Assembly: GCA_964016885.1 (NCBI GenBank)
Contig: OZ024748.1
Span: 47,306,001 to 47,370,000, forward strand
Direction: 5' to 3'
Source: Eledone cirrhosa
Taxonomy: Eukaryota
DNA: 64,000 nucleotides
Shown here: positions 14,930 to 32,934 of the stretch, one piece after another
Layout: each line of letters starts with the position of its first letter
How positions within the stretch are numbered: position 1 is the stretch's first letter
Position numbers and translations under genes: made by a program
The notes under the pieces: model-generated
Databases searched by the model: none
What the model saw: the letters and a program-made list of their open reading frames with translations, nothing else
What the model was told of the DNA's origin: nothing

Positions 14930-16090
14930 TCTGGTAGTGGACATACCTCTACTGGTAATGTATATATCTCTCCTGGCACTGTACACATCTCCCTTGGCAG
15001 TGTTTATATCTCTCCTGGCACTGTACACATCTCCCTTGGCAGTGTATATATCTCTCCTGGCACTGTACACATCTCCCTTGGCAGTGTATATATCTCTCCT
15101 GGCACTGTACACATCACCCTTGGCAGTGTATATATCTCTCCTGGCACTGTACACATCTCCCTTGGCAGTGTATATATCTCTCCTGGCACTGTACACATCT
15201 CCCTTGGCAGTGTATATATCTCTCCTGGCACTGTACACATCTCCCTTAGCAGTGTATATATCTCTCCTGGCACTGTACACATCTCCCTTAGCAGTGTATA
15301 TATCTCTCCTGGCACTGTACACATCTCCCTTGGCAGTGTATATATCTCTCCTGGCACTGTACACATCTCCCTTGGCAGTGTATATATCTCTCCTGGCACT
15401 GTACACATCTCCCTTGGCAGTGTATATATCTCTCCTGGCACTGTACACATCTCCCTTAGCAGTGTATATATCTCTCCTGGCACTGTACACATCTCCCTTA
15501 GCAGTGTATATATCTCTCCTGGCACTGTACACATCTCCCTTGGCAGTGTATATATCTCTCCTGGCACTGTACACATCTCCCTTAGCAGTGTATATATCTC
15601 TCCTGGCACTGTACACATCTCCCTTAGCAGTGTATATATCTCTCCTGGCACTGTACACATCTCCCTTGGCAGTGTATATATCTCTCCTGGCACTGTACAC
15701 ATCTCCCTTAGCAGTGTATATATCTCTCCTGGCACTGTACACATCTCCCTTAGCAGTGTATATATCTCTCCTGGCACTGTACACATCTCCCTTGGCAGTG
15801 TATATATCTCTCCTGGCACTGTACACATCTCCCTTAGCAGTGTATATATCTCTCCTGGCACTGTACACATCTCCCTTGGCAGTGTACATACCTCCTTTGG
15901 CAGTGTACATACCTCTCTTGGCAGGGCAAATATCTCTCCTGGCAGTGTAAATATTTCTCCTGGAAATGTTTATACTTCTTCTGGCTGTTTATATACCTCT
16001 TCTTGCAGTGTATATCTCTCTTGGCAGTGTACATCCCTCTTCTGGCAGTGTATATTTCTATCCTTGCAATGTGTATTCCTCTCTTGGAGT
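14930..16090. repeat. 42-bp minisatellite (dimer of related 21-mers), about 22 homogeneous copies with degenerate 21-mer edges
   Basis: ggcagtgtatatatctctcct + ggcactgtacacatctccctt; a single G/A variant site segregates along the array. Confidence 0.95.
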
Positions 16091-16094
16091 GTAT

Positions 16095-16142
<48 letters not shown>

Positions 16143-16438
16143 TGGCAGTGTACATATTTTTATTTATGGTGCAATGCTTCATATATTTCTTTCATTGATA
16201 GCATCATCGCACCGTTATTATATCTTATTACCATGGGACGTAAATTTGAAAACTTTTGTCTCAATATATATTAACTCCGTAATTTATCGATTTAAGAACG
16301 ATAAATGAAACATTTGATATCCCCAGGGCTTGAACTTATAAATTCACAAAAATATATTTTTTTAAATAAGGAACCTATCTTTTGACCAAACATGGCAACT
16401 ATGTTTTTAGTCTTTTCTTTTTTTTTGTATGTGTGTGT

Positions 16439-16540
<102 letters not shown>

Positions 16541-16706
16541 TAGAGAGAAAGAGAGAGAGAGGGGTGGAGGGCACATTGCTGTTACTATCTACCGACCGTA
16601 ACTCCTGGCAGAAAGATACAGCGGCCATCCGGCTTAAATACATTAAATCTTTGCGTCCGTCACTTTAATAATTCTACCAATCCATTTGTCTTGGACTAGC
16701 ACAATA

Positions 16707-16946
16707 CAGCTTGAGTCATAAGTAACCGGGCAGTCAATACATTTTATTTTATTGGAAGGCTCACAAATAATTTTTTAAAGATCAGCTTTAAAATATATTG
16801 AAAAAAAGTCACTTTTTGAAACACTTACTTTAATTATACTTTTGTTTGTTGTATTTATATTTTCTTACTGTATGACCAGAATTTTAGTAAATATTATCAT
16901 TTGGAATGTACATGCTGGACTGTCCGGTTACTTATAACTCATCCTG
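16707..16946. mobile_element. MITE, Tc1/mariner-like
   Basis: About 30-bp TIRs cagcttgagtcataagtaaccgggcagtc / gactgtccggttacttataactcatcctg; TA on the left only; AT-rich interior. Confidence 0.65.
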
Positions 16947-16947
16947 G

Positions 16948-17600
16948 ATTTATCGATCCAGTAACAGCGAAAGGGTGAGTTGACCCTGGCGAGAATTGAA
17001 TCCAGAACATAGAGAGCCGGAACAAATACCGTAAGGCATCGTGTCATTCTCGTTAACAATTCTGCCAATCCACTGATCATTGATCAACTATTTATAGACC
17101 CAGAAACGGGAAAAATCTAAGTTGACCCTGATAGTAATTAAAATCAGAGCATAGAGAGGCAGAACAAATACGGTAAAGCATCATGTCTGTCTCTTTAACA
17201 GTTCCGCCAATCACTTATCTTGGAGTAATTATCGATTATTTATCGATTATTTATCGACACAGAAAAGGTTAAAAGACCCCGACGGGAATTGAACGCAAAG
17301 CGTAATGTAGCGTAATGTCAGTCTCTTTGAAAATTCTCCAATCCAATAATCTTGTAGTATTTAACGACTATTCATCGGCCCAGAAAGGGTAAAAGACTAA
17401 GTTGACTCCGAGCACAGAGAACCAAAACAAAAACCGTAATTGTATCAGTCTCGTTGATTTTGCCTTTTATCGACTGACCCTCTATCGATTATTTATCGAA
17501 CCAGAAACGGTAAAAAACCCCGACGGGAATTGAACTCAGGGCGCAGAGAGCCAAAACAAATACCAAAGTATTTAATCCAACGCTTTTCAAACTCCGCTAA
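16948..17600 (-). mobile_element. Tandem cluster of decayed SINE 5' halves
   Basis: About five repeats of tttatcgac(c)cagaaa..gttgacc..gaattgaa..cag..agagagcc.gaacaaatac..ccgccaatc. Confidence 0.7.
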
Positions 17601-18341
17601 TCGATGTAAATGAAGAGTGAAATGAATTATATTCTGTCATTTAGTCTCTAGCTTTTGTGACAATCCATTGTATTTCTTTAAACAAGTAAATTGCGTTTCG
17701 TAATGTAAGAGAATCCCATCACATAGACAATCTCATCGAAACTCGTTGGTGTGGAATCAGTAAATATTAGAAGTAACCTGATTAAATCTAAACAGACATA
17801 TCCTATTGATGCTGAGGGGGGTGGTTCAGAGGATGGAAGGACAGTCGTTAGGAATTTGTAAACGCTGCTTCTCTTGTCAGTGTAATAATAACTCACAGCA
17901 GAAAGTAAGACCTGTTGTTCTGTTTGTAATAGGCTGAAGGCGACTGCTCTGTTTGAATTACGGCAAATGTAGCTAGAGATATGCATCTATATGTATAATT
18001 AGTCAATATTCTATCACCGGACGTCAAAATGAATTATCTGTTTTAGTAAATTCCAAATTTATTTACCATGATAATTCAGTACCCATAATAGAAATAGTGG
18101 AAACATATGCTAAAATTTGGCGACTTTGAGCGTACGAGGCTAAAATGACTTGTCATTCTAGAAATTATCTAGAGGATTGGCTTTTCACAACAGCCATAAT
18201 TTAACAACAGAGTTTCGTTCCCACTAAATGTGCCATCCATTAATTTGTAGAGTAAATCGCGTTAGCAAGAATCCAGGTGTGTTTCATCATATCAACCATT
18301 TCCAACTTGTAAACAATAATATCAAGTGTGTAGATATACCT

Positions 18342-18414
<73 letters not shown>

Positions 18415-18428
18415 TATATATATATTTA

Positions 18429-18472
<44 letters not shown>

Positions 18473-18765
18473 AATATATATAAAAAATATATATATACAC
18501 AAATACATATAAATCTCTCTATATATATAGACAAATATATATAAAAAAAATATATATACACAAATACATATAAATATATATATATACACAAATATATATA
18601 AATATATATAAAAATATATATATACACAAATATGTATAAATATATATATATATATACACAAATATGTATAAATATATATATATATATACACAAATATGTA
18701 TAAATATATATATATATACAAATATGTATAAATATATATATATATATACACAAATATATATAAAT

Positions 18766-18796
<31 letters not shown>

Positions 18797-18895
18797 CAAA
18801 TATGTATATATATATGTGTGTGTGTGTGTGCATGTTTGTGAATGTCTGTGTGAATGATGTAAAGAGGGAGACAGGTAAATAAATAGGCACGCACG

Positions 18896-18993
<98 letters not shown>

Positions 18994-19337
18994 AAGAGAG
19001 AACAAGAAAAAGAGAGCGAGAGAGAGAGTGAGGGGGGAGAAAGAGAAAGAGAGAGATGAGGAGAGGAATGTAGTTTGATTTAGGAAAGAGCCAAGTTGTT
19101 AGTTAATCATGTTGTGTCATGGTCGGAAGGACAAGGGTGAGGTGTGAGGTATTAAATTATGATAGCTTAACTTATCTCTTCTGTCAGTAGGCCTAATCAT
19201 TAGTGACTAGAAACGGGTGGCATTGGATGATACGGGTGTGAAGTCAGAAATTATGGTGAATCAATTACCACAGACACAAGATACAAATGAACACGCAAAC
19301 TAATGAACACACACACACACAATGTATGTATATATAA

Positions 19338-19371
<34 letters not shown>

Positions 19372-19378
19372 ATGTATG

Positions 19379-19429
<51 letters not shown>

Positions 19430-19454
19430 GTATATATGTATATATATATATATG

Positions 19455-19504
<50 letters not shown>

Positions 19505-19515
19505 TATATACATAC

Positions 19516-19645
<130 letters not shown>

Positions 19646-19703
19646 GTATATAAACTCACATCACACACACGACACATACATATATATACATATATATATA
19701 TAT

Positions 19704-19752
19704 GATTCCTGATGATTTCTAATGAATGAAACAGTTCTAGTCCTGTAGAATC
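19704..19752 (+). ncRNA. Family B hammerhead, nearly bare between TA arrays
   Basis: gattc-CTGATGA-tttc-taat-gaat-GAAA-cag-ttctagtc-ctg-TA|gaatc. Confidence 0.8.
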
Positions 19753-19755
19753 TCA

Positions 19756-19807
<52 letters not shown>

Positions 19808-20017
19808 CATTTTGACGCTGTAGTCACTTATATATTATGTAATACTGTTAGCTTCTCGCTACAATAATTTCTATACTTTTCATTTCTATACATACATATA
19901 TATATACACATATATATATATATATACATATGTATATATAAACACACATCACACACACACACGACAGATATATACATATATACATATGTATATATAAACA
20001 CACATCACACACACGAC

Positions 20018-20067
<50 letters not shown>

Positions 20068-20772
20068 ACACACACACATGCTCACACACAACACACCCAC
20101 ACGCATACCTATATATATATATATATATATACGTATATAAACACACACACATACACACACAACACAAACAAACACATGCATACGCATACACTCACACAAT
20201 ACCCTCACAACACACAAACACACTCACCCCACTCACACACACCCACACACACCCCACTCACACATACACCCACCACACACGGCACAATGCAATTCAACAG
20301 AAATGAATCTGTCTCACAGAGAGGCAATCGATTCTTTGTAAATACCGACAAAAGGAAAAATAAAGACACCAAAACAAGACAAATACATGAAGAACAAACA
20401 AAACAAATAAACAAACAAACAAATAAACTAATGAATAAATCAAAAGATAAATAAATACATAGATAGATACGTTTCCTGTTCCTCATTCTACCATTTTCAA
20501 CGCGCTGCCAAACATTCCGCAGACTTCTTATTATCAAATTTTTAGACTGATTCCGATCTGTTTAACAAATAATACCTTTTTTTTTCACATTCGTCTCTCT
20601 CTATCATTCCTTCGCTTTCTTTCTCTCTCTATCAATCTATCTCTCTTCCCCCTCTCTCTCTATCTCTTTCTCACTTCCCCCTCTCTCTCATCATTCTCTT
20701 TGTTTGCTTGTCTAACTAGGTAGGTAGATATTTTTTTGTCTTTCTTTATAAATTCCATATTCTCTCCCTCTC

Positions 20773-20870
<98 letters not shown>

Positions 20871-20928
20871 GAGCGAGAGAGAAAGAGAGATAGAGAGATT
20901 GGGAAATATATAGAGAATGGCAGAGGCA

Positions 20929-21412
<484 letters not shown>

Positions 21413-21425
21413 ATATATATATATA

Positions 21426-22295
21426 GTAATAATAACACTAAATTCCAAAGAGGGCTCGATAAGGTTAAATATATATCGAATATATAAGAACCGTAGAGCA
21501 AATATTGGTTAAGTGTATACGTGAGTTTTGCGTCTGTGTGAGTATGCGGGTTCGTACGTATGTAGGGTGTGTGTATATGTGTATTTCGAGTTTTGGTTGA
21601 CGTGCTCTCCGAACATTTGTGTATTTACATGTAGGTATGTGTGTGCGCTTGTTATATACGTATTGATTTATTTATATACGTTTATTTAATTATTTGTATA
21701 CACGCACACACACATATTTATATGTGCGTGTATTTGTATACCTACGGCGAGTGTTCCTGCGTATGCTTGTGTATGTACGTATTTGGATGCGTGTATGTAT
21801 TTATGTAATTTCAATTACCTCTGTATTTTATTTACTTTATTCTTAACTCTGAAACGGAGTATCATTCGGTTTCCTAGTTAGAATTTTAGTCTACGACTTC
21901 AGTTATACCATTTACGTGGTTTTGTCTTTGCGTGCAATTGTTCTCCACGATCCACATATGACGTATTATCTTCGTTTTTTCCGTTCATTGCCAGAGAACG
22001 ACTCTATGAACCACCTAATAGAATATTAGTCTACGACCTCTTTTATACCATAAACGTGGTTTTGTCTTCGCGTGTAATTGTTTTTCACCGCTCCTATTAA
22101 TGACGTATTATATTCGTTTTTTCCCGTTCTTTGCCAGGGAACGTTTCCACGAACCAACGTATCGTCTTCCTGTCTTCCTCCGGCTGCAAAGTTTTTTTAA
22201 ATATTCACTCTGCGTTTACAGATTGAATTTGTTAGTTTCCGAAGATCCCGTTAAGGGTGAAAGCAGCGATTCTTTGCTTAAACATTAATCTGTTA

Positions 22296-22301
<6 letters not shown>
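21426..22301 (+). mobile_element. Family C element: inverted tail (21426-21510), about 790-bp body, hammerhead at 22235-22283
   Basis: gttt-CCGAAGA-tccc-gttaa-gggt-GAAA-gca..tgc-TT|aaac; the tail matches 60977-61065; internal about 140-bp tandem duplication at 21878-22158. Confidence 0.75.
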
Positions 22302-22347
<46 letters not shown>

Positions 22348-23345
22348 AATAAAGGAAGGTCTGCGGGACTCCGTACGGTTTTTATTTTTTTATCCGCTGA
22401 GTAAAATAAGTTGGATTACTTTAAATAAATAATTGTTTCTACTTCAGGCACAAGGCCAGCAATTACCCAGTTCATTACTGGTACTTTATTTTATCGACCC
22501 CGTAAGGATGAAAGGCAAAGTTAACCTTGGCGGGATTTACTTTGAATAAATAATGAATGAATATTACATAATTTATCTACTAAATTTCGTAAACAAAAAT
22601 AATTTCGTAAAAATAAATAATAAAAAATTGACTTCTTTTCAAAGTTGCACTTCCGGTATATCGTTGCCACCACCACCACTTCAACTACCATATATATAGA
22701 AATAGATACTGTGTGATGTCAACACTTCCGGTGGCGATCACTTAAATAAACATACTAATTTTCTGTCACTAATTTTCTCCTAATGCAGTTTATATATAAT
22801 ATCGTCTTTTTTTAATGTATCATGGATTACGTTACTGATTACATAAGACAGTGTAACGCAGTCTTCGTTCAATTTCTATTTATATTGTCAATTACGATTT
22901 TATTTGATGTATCATATCTACATGTATATATACTTGCGTATAATATCAATCAATATACACACTACACATGCTAGCAGAAAACCACCCGTGGGTGGTTTTT
23001 CTGCTAGTCTATATAAACCCGCCTCTGACTTTCTGAGTTTATTTCCCACTCTGTCACTCTTTCTCTCTCTCTCTCTCTCCATGTATATATATATATATAT
23101 ATATCCCTCTTTCTAATTCTCTCTCTCACTCTCTGTCTATTTAACAACCTATCTCTCTATTCCTCTCTCTCTATATTCCACTCTCACATTCTCTCCCTTT
23201 CCTTCGTTTTGTCAGTTTCCTTCTTTATTTCCTCCTCTACATCTTTCTCTCTCTTTTGATTTTTCTTTCTTTATTACTTTAACCTATCCGCCATTTATTC
23301 TTAAGTCTCAGCGGAAAATATTTCCCTATTTTTGCTCTTTATATA

Positions 23346-23410
<65 letters not shown>

Positions 23411-23459
23411 GTACATACATAAATATATTTATCTACCGCCCTCGATAGATAGATATATG

Positions 23460-23538
<79 letters not shown>

Positions 23539-24058
23539 CTTATTCCAAGATATCGCAACTTGAACACAAATAAATGTCCGGTTATTCATTGTTGGACCTT
23601 AACATGGTACCACAATCTCCAGCCGACATGAACCACCACGCCACCCAGTCAGCCACCCACATATTTCGCCCATAAATCAATATTTACCATAAATCATATT
23701 TTTTCTTTGTACATTAATCAACATTTCTCTCCAACATTCCTTCATATAAAACATCTGGATCTTTGCAGTCTATCATGTTTTTCTTTACAATATATATATA
23801 TTACTTTTTTTATTGGTTCCATTCATTGGACTATGTCCACCTAAGGTTTTAATCAATCATGTCGACCCCAGGGCTTATTTCAGCCCGGTACTTATTTTAT
23901 TGATTTCTGTTTAAGTTTGCAGATTTATTTTCATTTTGTTCACCAAAACACAACCCCAGATTAACAACGGTTTACACCGAAACACACACACAAACACACA
24001 CACATCTATAAACAATGAAGGTAAGCCGAATTTTCGAACTTTTAAGCGCTGAGAATAT

Positions 24059-24088
<30 letters not shown>

Positions 24089-24089
<1 letters not shown>

Positions 24090-24370
24090 CAAAATTAAAT
24101 TAAGGGTCTCATGTCAGAGAGACATGCGCCATATCCACTGTAGAATAAGCTCAAATATTCCAATGAATAGATCCGAGCATTTTATATCAACTAGAAATTG
24201 ATTGACATATATATATATATATATCTGAAATAAACACATGAAACAATCACAGGGGATAATTTGTAAACCTACCTAGCTGTGTGTGCTTACACACTTTACA
24301 AATTATCCCCTGTGATTGTTTCATGTGTTTATTTTAGATATATATATATATGTCAATAAATTTCAAGTTG

Positions 24371-24372
<2 letters not shown>
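24089..24372 (-). mobile_element. Family H fold-back element (second copy 26895-27297)
   Basis: Arms of about 85 bp here and about 150 bp in the second copy, plus a shared about 95-bp tail; bounded by (TA)n; no hammerhead found. Confidence 0.7.
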
Positions 24373-24402
<30 letters not shown>

Positions 24403-25083
24403 AGAAGCAAAAAATTGCTTATTGTGATCCAGTTCTTGGTTAAGAAACCCAGTTTCATGGATGGTTTCAACGTACGGTTTTCTTACTTCCTTCCCTCCCC
24501 TTCTTGGCTATCTCTTCTTTTCTTCTTTCTCACCCCCTTCTTTGCTGTTATTTTTGTCATTATTATCTTTATCTTTATTTTATATATATATATATATATT
24601 TTTTTTTTTTTTATTTATCTCTTTATATCTACCCCCTCTCTCTCTCCCTCTCTATCCATCCCTCCCACTATGATCAATTTAATTCTCTTTAACTCACTAC
24701 ATTCCACGACATGAAGTCAACTATCAAAACTGACCAAAGAATCCTTCCACCTCTACCCCTCCCTCCATTTCAGTTTTTGACTCTACTTCCTACCTCTTCC
24801 CCCTTCCTCTCACTCTCTATACTATTCCGTTTGTCCCCTCGCCTTCTGATTCCTGTCTCTCTATACTAGTAAATACAATTCCAAATAAAAGTTTTTCTCT
24901 CTATATATTATGAATTATTTCAAGAGTAACTTACTATTTTGAAAATTAGGACTGTGAACAACAATTATATTTGAGTGGCTGCTATTTGCAGTATAGCAAC
25001 ATAAGGTTGAACTTACCAATGAAACGGTCGTAAATACCTGGATAAAATCCTTCTCTTAATGCTTACCTGTGTTTTCTATTTTA

Positions 25084-25167
<84 letters not shown>

Positions 25168-25267
25168 ATAAATATATATATATATTCATAGTTGAAAACG
25201 AACAAACAAAACACAGGAGGCAATATTACACACGTATATATTTATGTATAGATATATGTATATATGT

Positions 25268-25385
<118 letters not shown>

Positions 25386-26031
25386 ATACTTTGGGAGGGT
25401 TAGGTTGCCAACAAAAACACACGGTTGGTTGGTGATATATTGTCAAAGCTATTTCGTCACACATTCTGGCCTCCTCAATTACTGAGTTTTCAGTTTCTGT
25501 CTCTCTCCTTTGTTCTGTCCTACACCCTCTCGTAGTTGTGTGCTGTGTGCTTAGTTTGCGTATGCGTTACATCCGGGTGTGCGTATGTGTTTTTATTTAT
25601 TTATTTATGTGTTTCTGTATTTGTCACTAGTTGGTTGTGTGTTCCATCTGTGTGTATCTGATTTGCTTTGTCATTTTGGTTTTTCTGCGTGTCTGTATGT
25701 CTTCATTTTGTCCTTAATTGCTAGTTGTGAGAAAACGCCGTGTAAGATGTAAAGTTTGTTTTTATATATATTGGCTTTTCTATTTATTCTGGTATATATA
25801 TAAGCAAAGGGATATTTAATTCGTTGGTAATTCAAAAAATATATATATTTATATCAGATTCGAAGCACTCGACAAGTTTTCCGGAGTATAATATCAATGA
25901 TATTAATAAATGGCAACTATATTTATAAAACCATTTTATAAAGTCACTTTATCTGATGAGTGCGTACCAAAGTTTTGGTACCCTTGAAATATATATAATA
26001 GAATAAATATAGTTTCCATTAATTATATCAT

Positions 26032-26117
<86 letters not shown>

Positions 26118-26725
26118 TTGTAAATATTAATTTCAACCATTCTATAAATTCTAGTGCATTCTTCCAGAGGGTTAACGAAAATGTCTCGTTAACCTTGAAA
26201 ATATAATCACCAGTAAATGCTTACTTGTGTACCTCGCTCTACCTTCGTTGGATTAATTGATCTAATTGTACTGTTTTGCTTGAAATAAAATTTATGATGC
26301 TTTAGGTTAAAATAATATTTTTTTTAGGAGCGGTTTTATTTTCTCAACGGTGTTTTAAACTAGCATCACGTAACTAAAATACTTTTCTTTCTCTACAATT
26401 GCACGTAACTGATTACTACATGTACATAGCACTCCCTTTAGAAATCAATGCCATTAATTTTACCAAATCAATAACTGACATCTCAGGCTCTCATATCGAT
26501 ATAACCTTAAAGTCACGCGAAATAATTGCATATTACCAAGATGCAAGTTGGTATAAAAGTTATAAATGAATATAAGCATGTTGAAACGGAAAGAGCTCAG
26601 CTGTCGGTGTCCCTACTTCATTATATCGCTGAGGTTAACTTTGCCTTTCATCCTTACGGGGTCGATAAAATAAAGTACCAGTAATACACTGGGATAATTG
26701 CTGGCCTTGTGCCAAAAGTAGAAAC

Positions 26726-26756
<31 letters not shown>

Positions 26757-26883
26757 AGTTTTTCCCGGGCTCAATCGGGGGTAACCACAATAAGTAATGT
26801 ACTCAATACAAAGCATAGTATAAATAAGGCTTCCTGAAGATTTCTCCGAATGAAACTGTTCTAGTCCTGACGAACCCTTTTCT
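26757..26883 (+). mobile_element. Family B element in twin-priming configuration
   Basis: Reverse-complemented tail followed by forward gcttc-CTGAAGA..GAAA; the two pieces are adjacent in the family consensus. Confidence 0.7.
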
Positions 26884-27957
26884 ATATTATATATACAAAA
26901 TTAAATTAAATTAAGGGCGTCATGTCCGAGACATGCGCCATATCCACTGTAGAATAAGCTCAAAGATTCCAATAAACAGATCCGGGCATTTTATATCAAC
27001 TAGAAATTGATTGACATATATATATATATATATATATATTTAAAATAAACACAGGAAACAATCACAAGGGATAATGTGTAAAGTGTGTAACGACACATAG
27101 CTAGGTAGGTAACTTATTAAGGCTTAACTAGAACTTCAAATATTACCTTTTTAAAAGATAAATTTGAAGTTCTAGCTAAACTTTAATTAGTTACCTACCT
27201 AGATATGTGTGGTTACACACATTACAAATTATCCCCTGTGATTGTTTCATGTGTTTATTTTAAGTATATATATATTTGTCAATCAATTTCTAGTTGATAT
27301 ATATATATATATATAACCATATATATATATATACATATATATATATGATGGCTGCTCCCTCCTTATCGAGTATGGCCATTGCACGATATACCATTATTAA
27401 TAATTATTAACAAATCCTATCATGCAATGCCTGGGCGTGAAGATATTTATTTAAGTGAGGAAAGATTGTGCACTGAGCCAATCCCACTCTCTGGGCGACA
27501 GTAGCTCTAACCCGAAAAGAAGAAAATATCAGCAACATCGGTAACTACTGAGCCGCAGGTTTTATATCGGAGTTATCCCAGTTTCCTGAGCTGCCCTCTT
27601 CTAGAAGCATTCTCTGACAAAGGCTAGGGATCCTTCACTCCCAGTGGTTTAACCGCGTGGTGCATGTGTATATACATATTTACACACTTTCGGATGGCCG
27701 TTGACTCTTATGAGTTCTTTCGCCCTTATATACATACATGTATATATATGTTATAAAGAGCCGGGCTCAATGGCTGAGCTTTGGCCGTTTCAGCAGTTGT
27801 TCCAGACTCATGAAGTAGCTGTTGAAACGTCAACAACTCAGCCGTCAGGTCTCGACTATTTAATTACGTAGCTACACTATATTAGTCCACGTATCGTGTA
27901 ATCTGTTCTGTAATGGTCTAACTAGTTTCGAAATTGTTCTAACCTGATATATATATG

Positions 27958-29099
<1,142 letters not shown>

Positions 29100-29606
29100 G
29101 AAAAGTATAGAAATTATTGTAGCAAGAAGCCAACAGTATTCCATAATATATAAGTGACTATAGCGTCAAAATGGAAAAATAGTTAACGTAAGATGTGGGA
29201 AAATAATTCAAACTCAATTAAAAAAGAATCAGGATATAGATTCATCCACAGAATTTGATGAAATCCAGGGAAAAATCAATAGAGCCTTAACTCAGAATAA
29301 AATAAAGTCTAAAATACTCATCCTTCAATTTGGAAAAACTACAAATGCTCTGTATAGTCTTAAAGACTATTTCACGAAACTTTCAGTGGGGATGGTCACG
29401 GTTAGTATCGATCATCAGCAGAGCTCAAGGACACAAGTGGAATGAGAGAAAATATTGCGAACTTCATATCGATATGTCCATGTTCGTACCTTATATTTCC
29501 CGTATTATAAGCATACTTGACCTTCAGATTGTAGTACATTTAATATATATGCATACTTATACACACACACACACACATGTGTATATATATATATACACAC
29601 ACACAA

Positions 29607-29643
<37 letters not shown>

Positions 29644-29826
29644 TATACATGTAGATATACATATGTATATATATAACTATATATATATTACTAAATAATT
29701 CAGTTTGCTGAAGTTCAATAAATATCAATATTTACATTGGAAATGATTTTGATTGTTTTAGTTATTTACTGGGAACTAACAAATTGATTTATATCTAAAA
29801 ACTATAACATACACACACGCACGCAC

Positions 29827-29896
<70 letters not shown>

Positions 29897-29989
29897 TATA
29901 TATGATGAATACACTCACACATATTTGTATAGGTTTGTATATATGTAAGTAGACCCATACATATATATATATATATACGTGTGTATGTA

Positions 29990-30021
<32 letters not shown>

Positions 30022-30023
30022 CT

Positions 30024-30059
<36 letters not shown>

Positions 30060-30065
30060 CCTGTA

Positions 30066-30096
<31 letters not shown>

Positions 30097-30111
30097 CTGT
30101 ATGTGTGTGCA

Positions 30112-30143
<32 letters not shown>

Positions 30144-30313
30144 CTTATATATATATATATATATATGTGTGTGTTTGTGTGTGTGTGTGTGTGTATGTGT
30201 GTGCAGGTTTAGACACACATACAAACACAAACGCCAAATCATATACATGCATACATACATATATACATACATACATACATATACATACATACATACATGC
30301 ATACATACATACA

Positions 30314-30395
<82 letters not shown>

Positions 30396-30609
30396 CATAC
30401 ATATAGAATGTGTTAGTGGTAGTTATATTTGGTAACTGTAAGTACACCAGTTTGACCTCTGCTCATCAGAAAATGACCTCGTATCAATTTTTGGCAAGAC
30501 TTCATGTTTGAAAACTGATAATCTGATAAAATATATCAACAGTACAGTGTTGCTTGCAGCCATGTAAACACAGCGAGTTTAGTCTTACATTTGACATGAA
30601 GGACATTAG

Positions 30610-32185
<1,576 letters not shown>

Positions 32186-32393
32186 TAGAATCAACAAGAA
32201 GAACCACGACAGCAGGACAGATATATATATAACTCCACTCTCCGGGAGCTTCCAACAGTAATAAAACTGGTCTATATTATATTTTATCTGATGAAAGCAC
32301 ACCATAATTTAACTTGGTGTCCTTGAAATATGTATAATGAAATAAATATGGTTTTATAAATATAGTTTCCATTTGTTAATATCGTATATATAT

Positions 32394-32476
<83 letters not shown>

Positions 32477-32480
32477 TATA

Positions 32481-32670
32481 ACGAAGGAAATGTGGTAAGG
32501 AACCAGGTGGACCATAACGCACCAAAGTACTCAATACTTAGGGTAGTAGAGTGGGTAATAGGAACAAGTAAGACCCCGACGGCTGAGCTCAAGCCGTTTC
32601 GACGGCTAATTCTGTCCAGAATTAGCCGTCGAAACGGCTTGAGCTCAGCCGTCGGGGTCTTACTTGTTCC
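32481..32670 (-). mobile_element. Family A fold-back element (also 45418-45546, 46858-47055, 48337-48530, 51974-52176, 52914-53106; diverged 27755-27945)
   Basis: GAAA-cggc-ttgagctca-gccg-TC|ggggtc is a hammerhead stem III and cleavage site; perfect about 55-bp arms. Confidence 0.9.
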
Positions 32671-32898
32671 TATATATATATATATATATATAATGGAAAA
32701 ATTTGAACAGGAACAAAACAGAGAGGCAGTACAACGAATGTTTATTAATTTCACGCTCTGGAGAGTGGGGCGGTGGTGGGGAACGACGTTTCGGGCATAA
32801 GCCCTTCCTCAGGTGAGAAGTGTGTTGGAACGGAGTTCAAAGGGTGTGTAGGGGAGTGGTGGAGAGACATATAGCGAAAGGAAACGGTGCGAATTAAA

Positions 32899-32933
<35 letters not shown>

Positions 32934-32934
32934 C

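Noticed and set aside
14930-16090. CRISPR-like regular repeat
   Set aside because: No unique spacers, no cas genes, eukaryotic context.
17678-17986. 102-aa non-repetitive minus-strand ORF
   Set aside because: No recognisable motif or convincing splice sites; could still be an exon, needs homology search.
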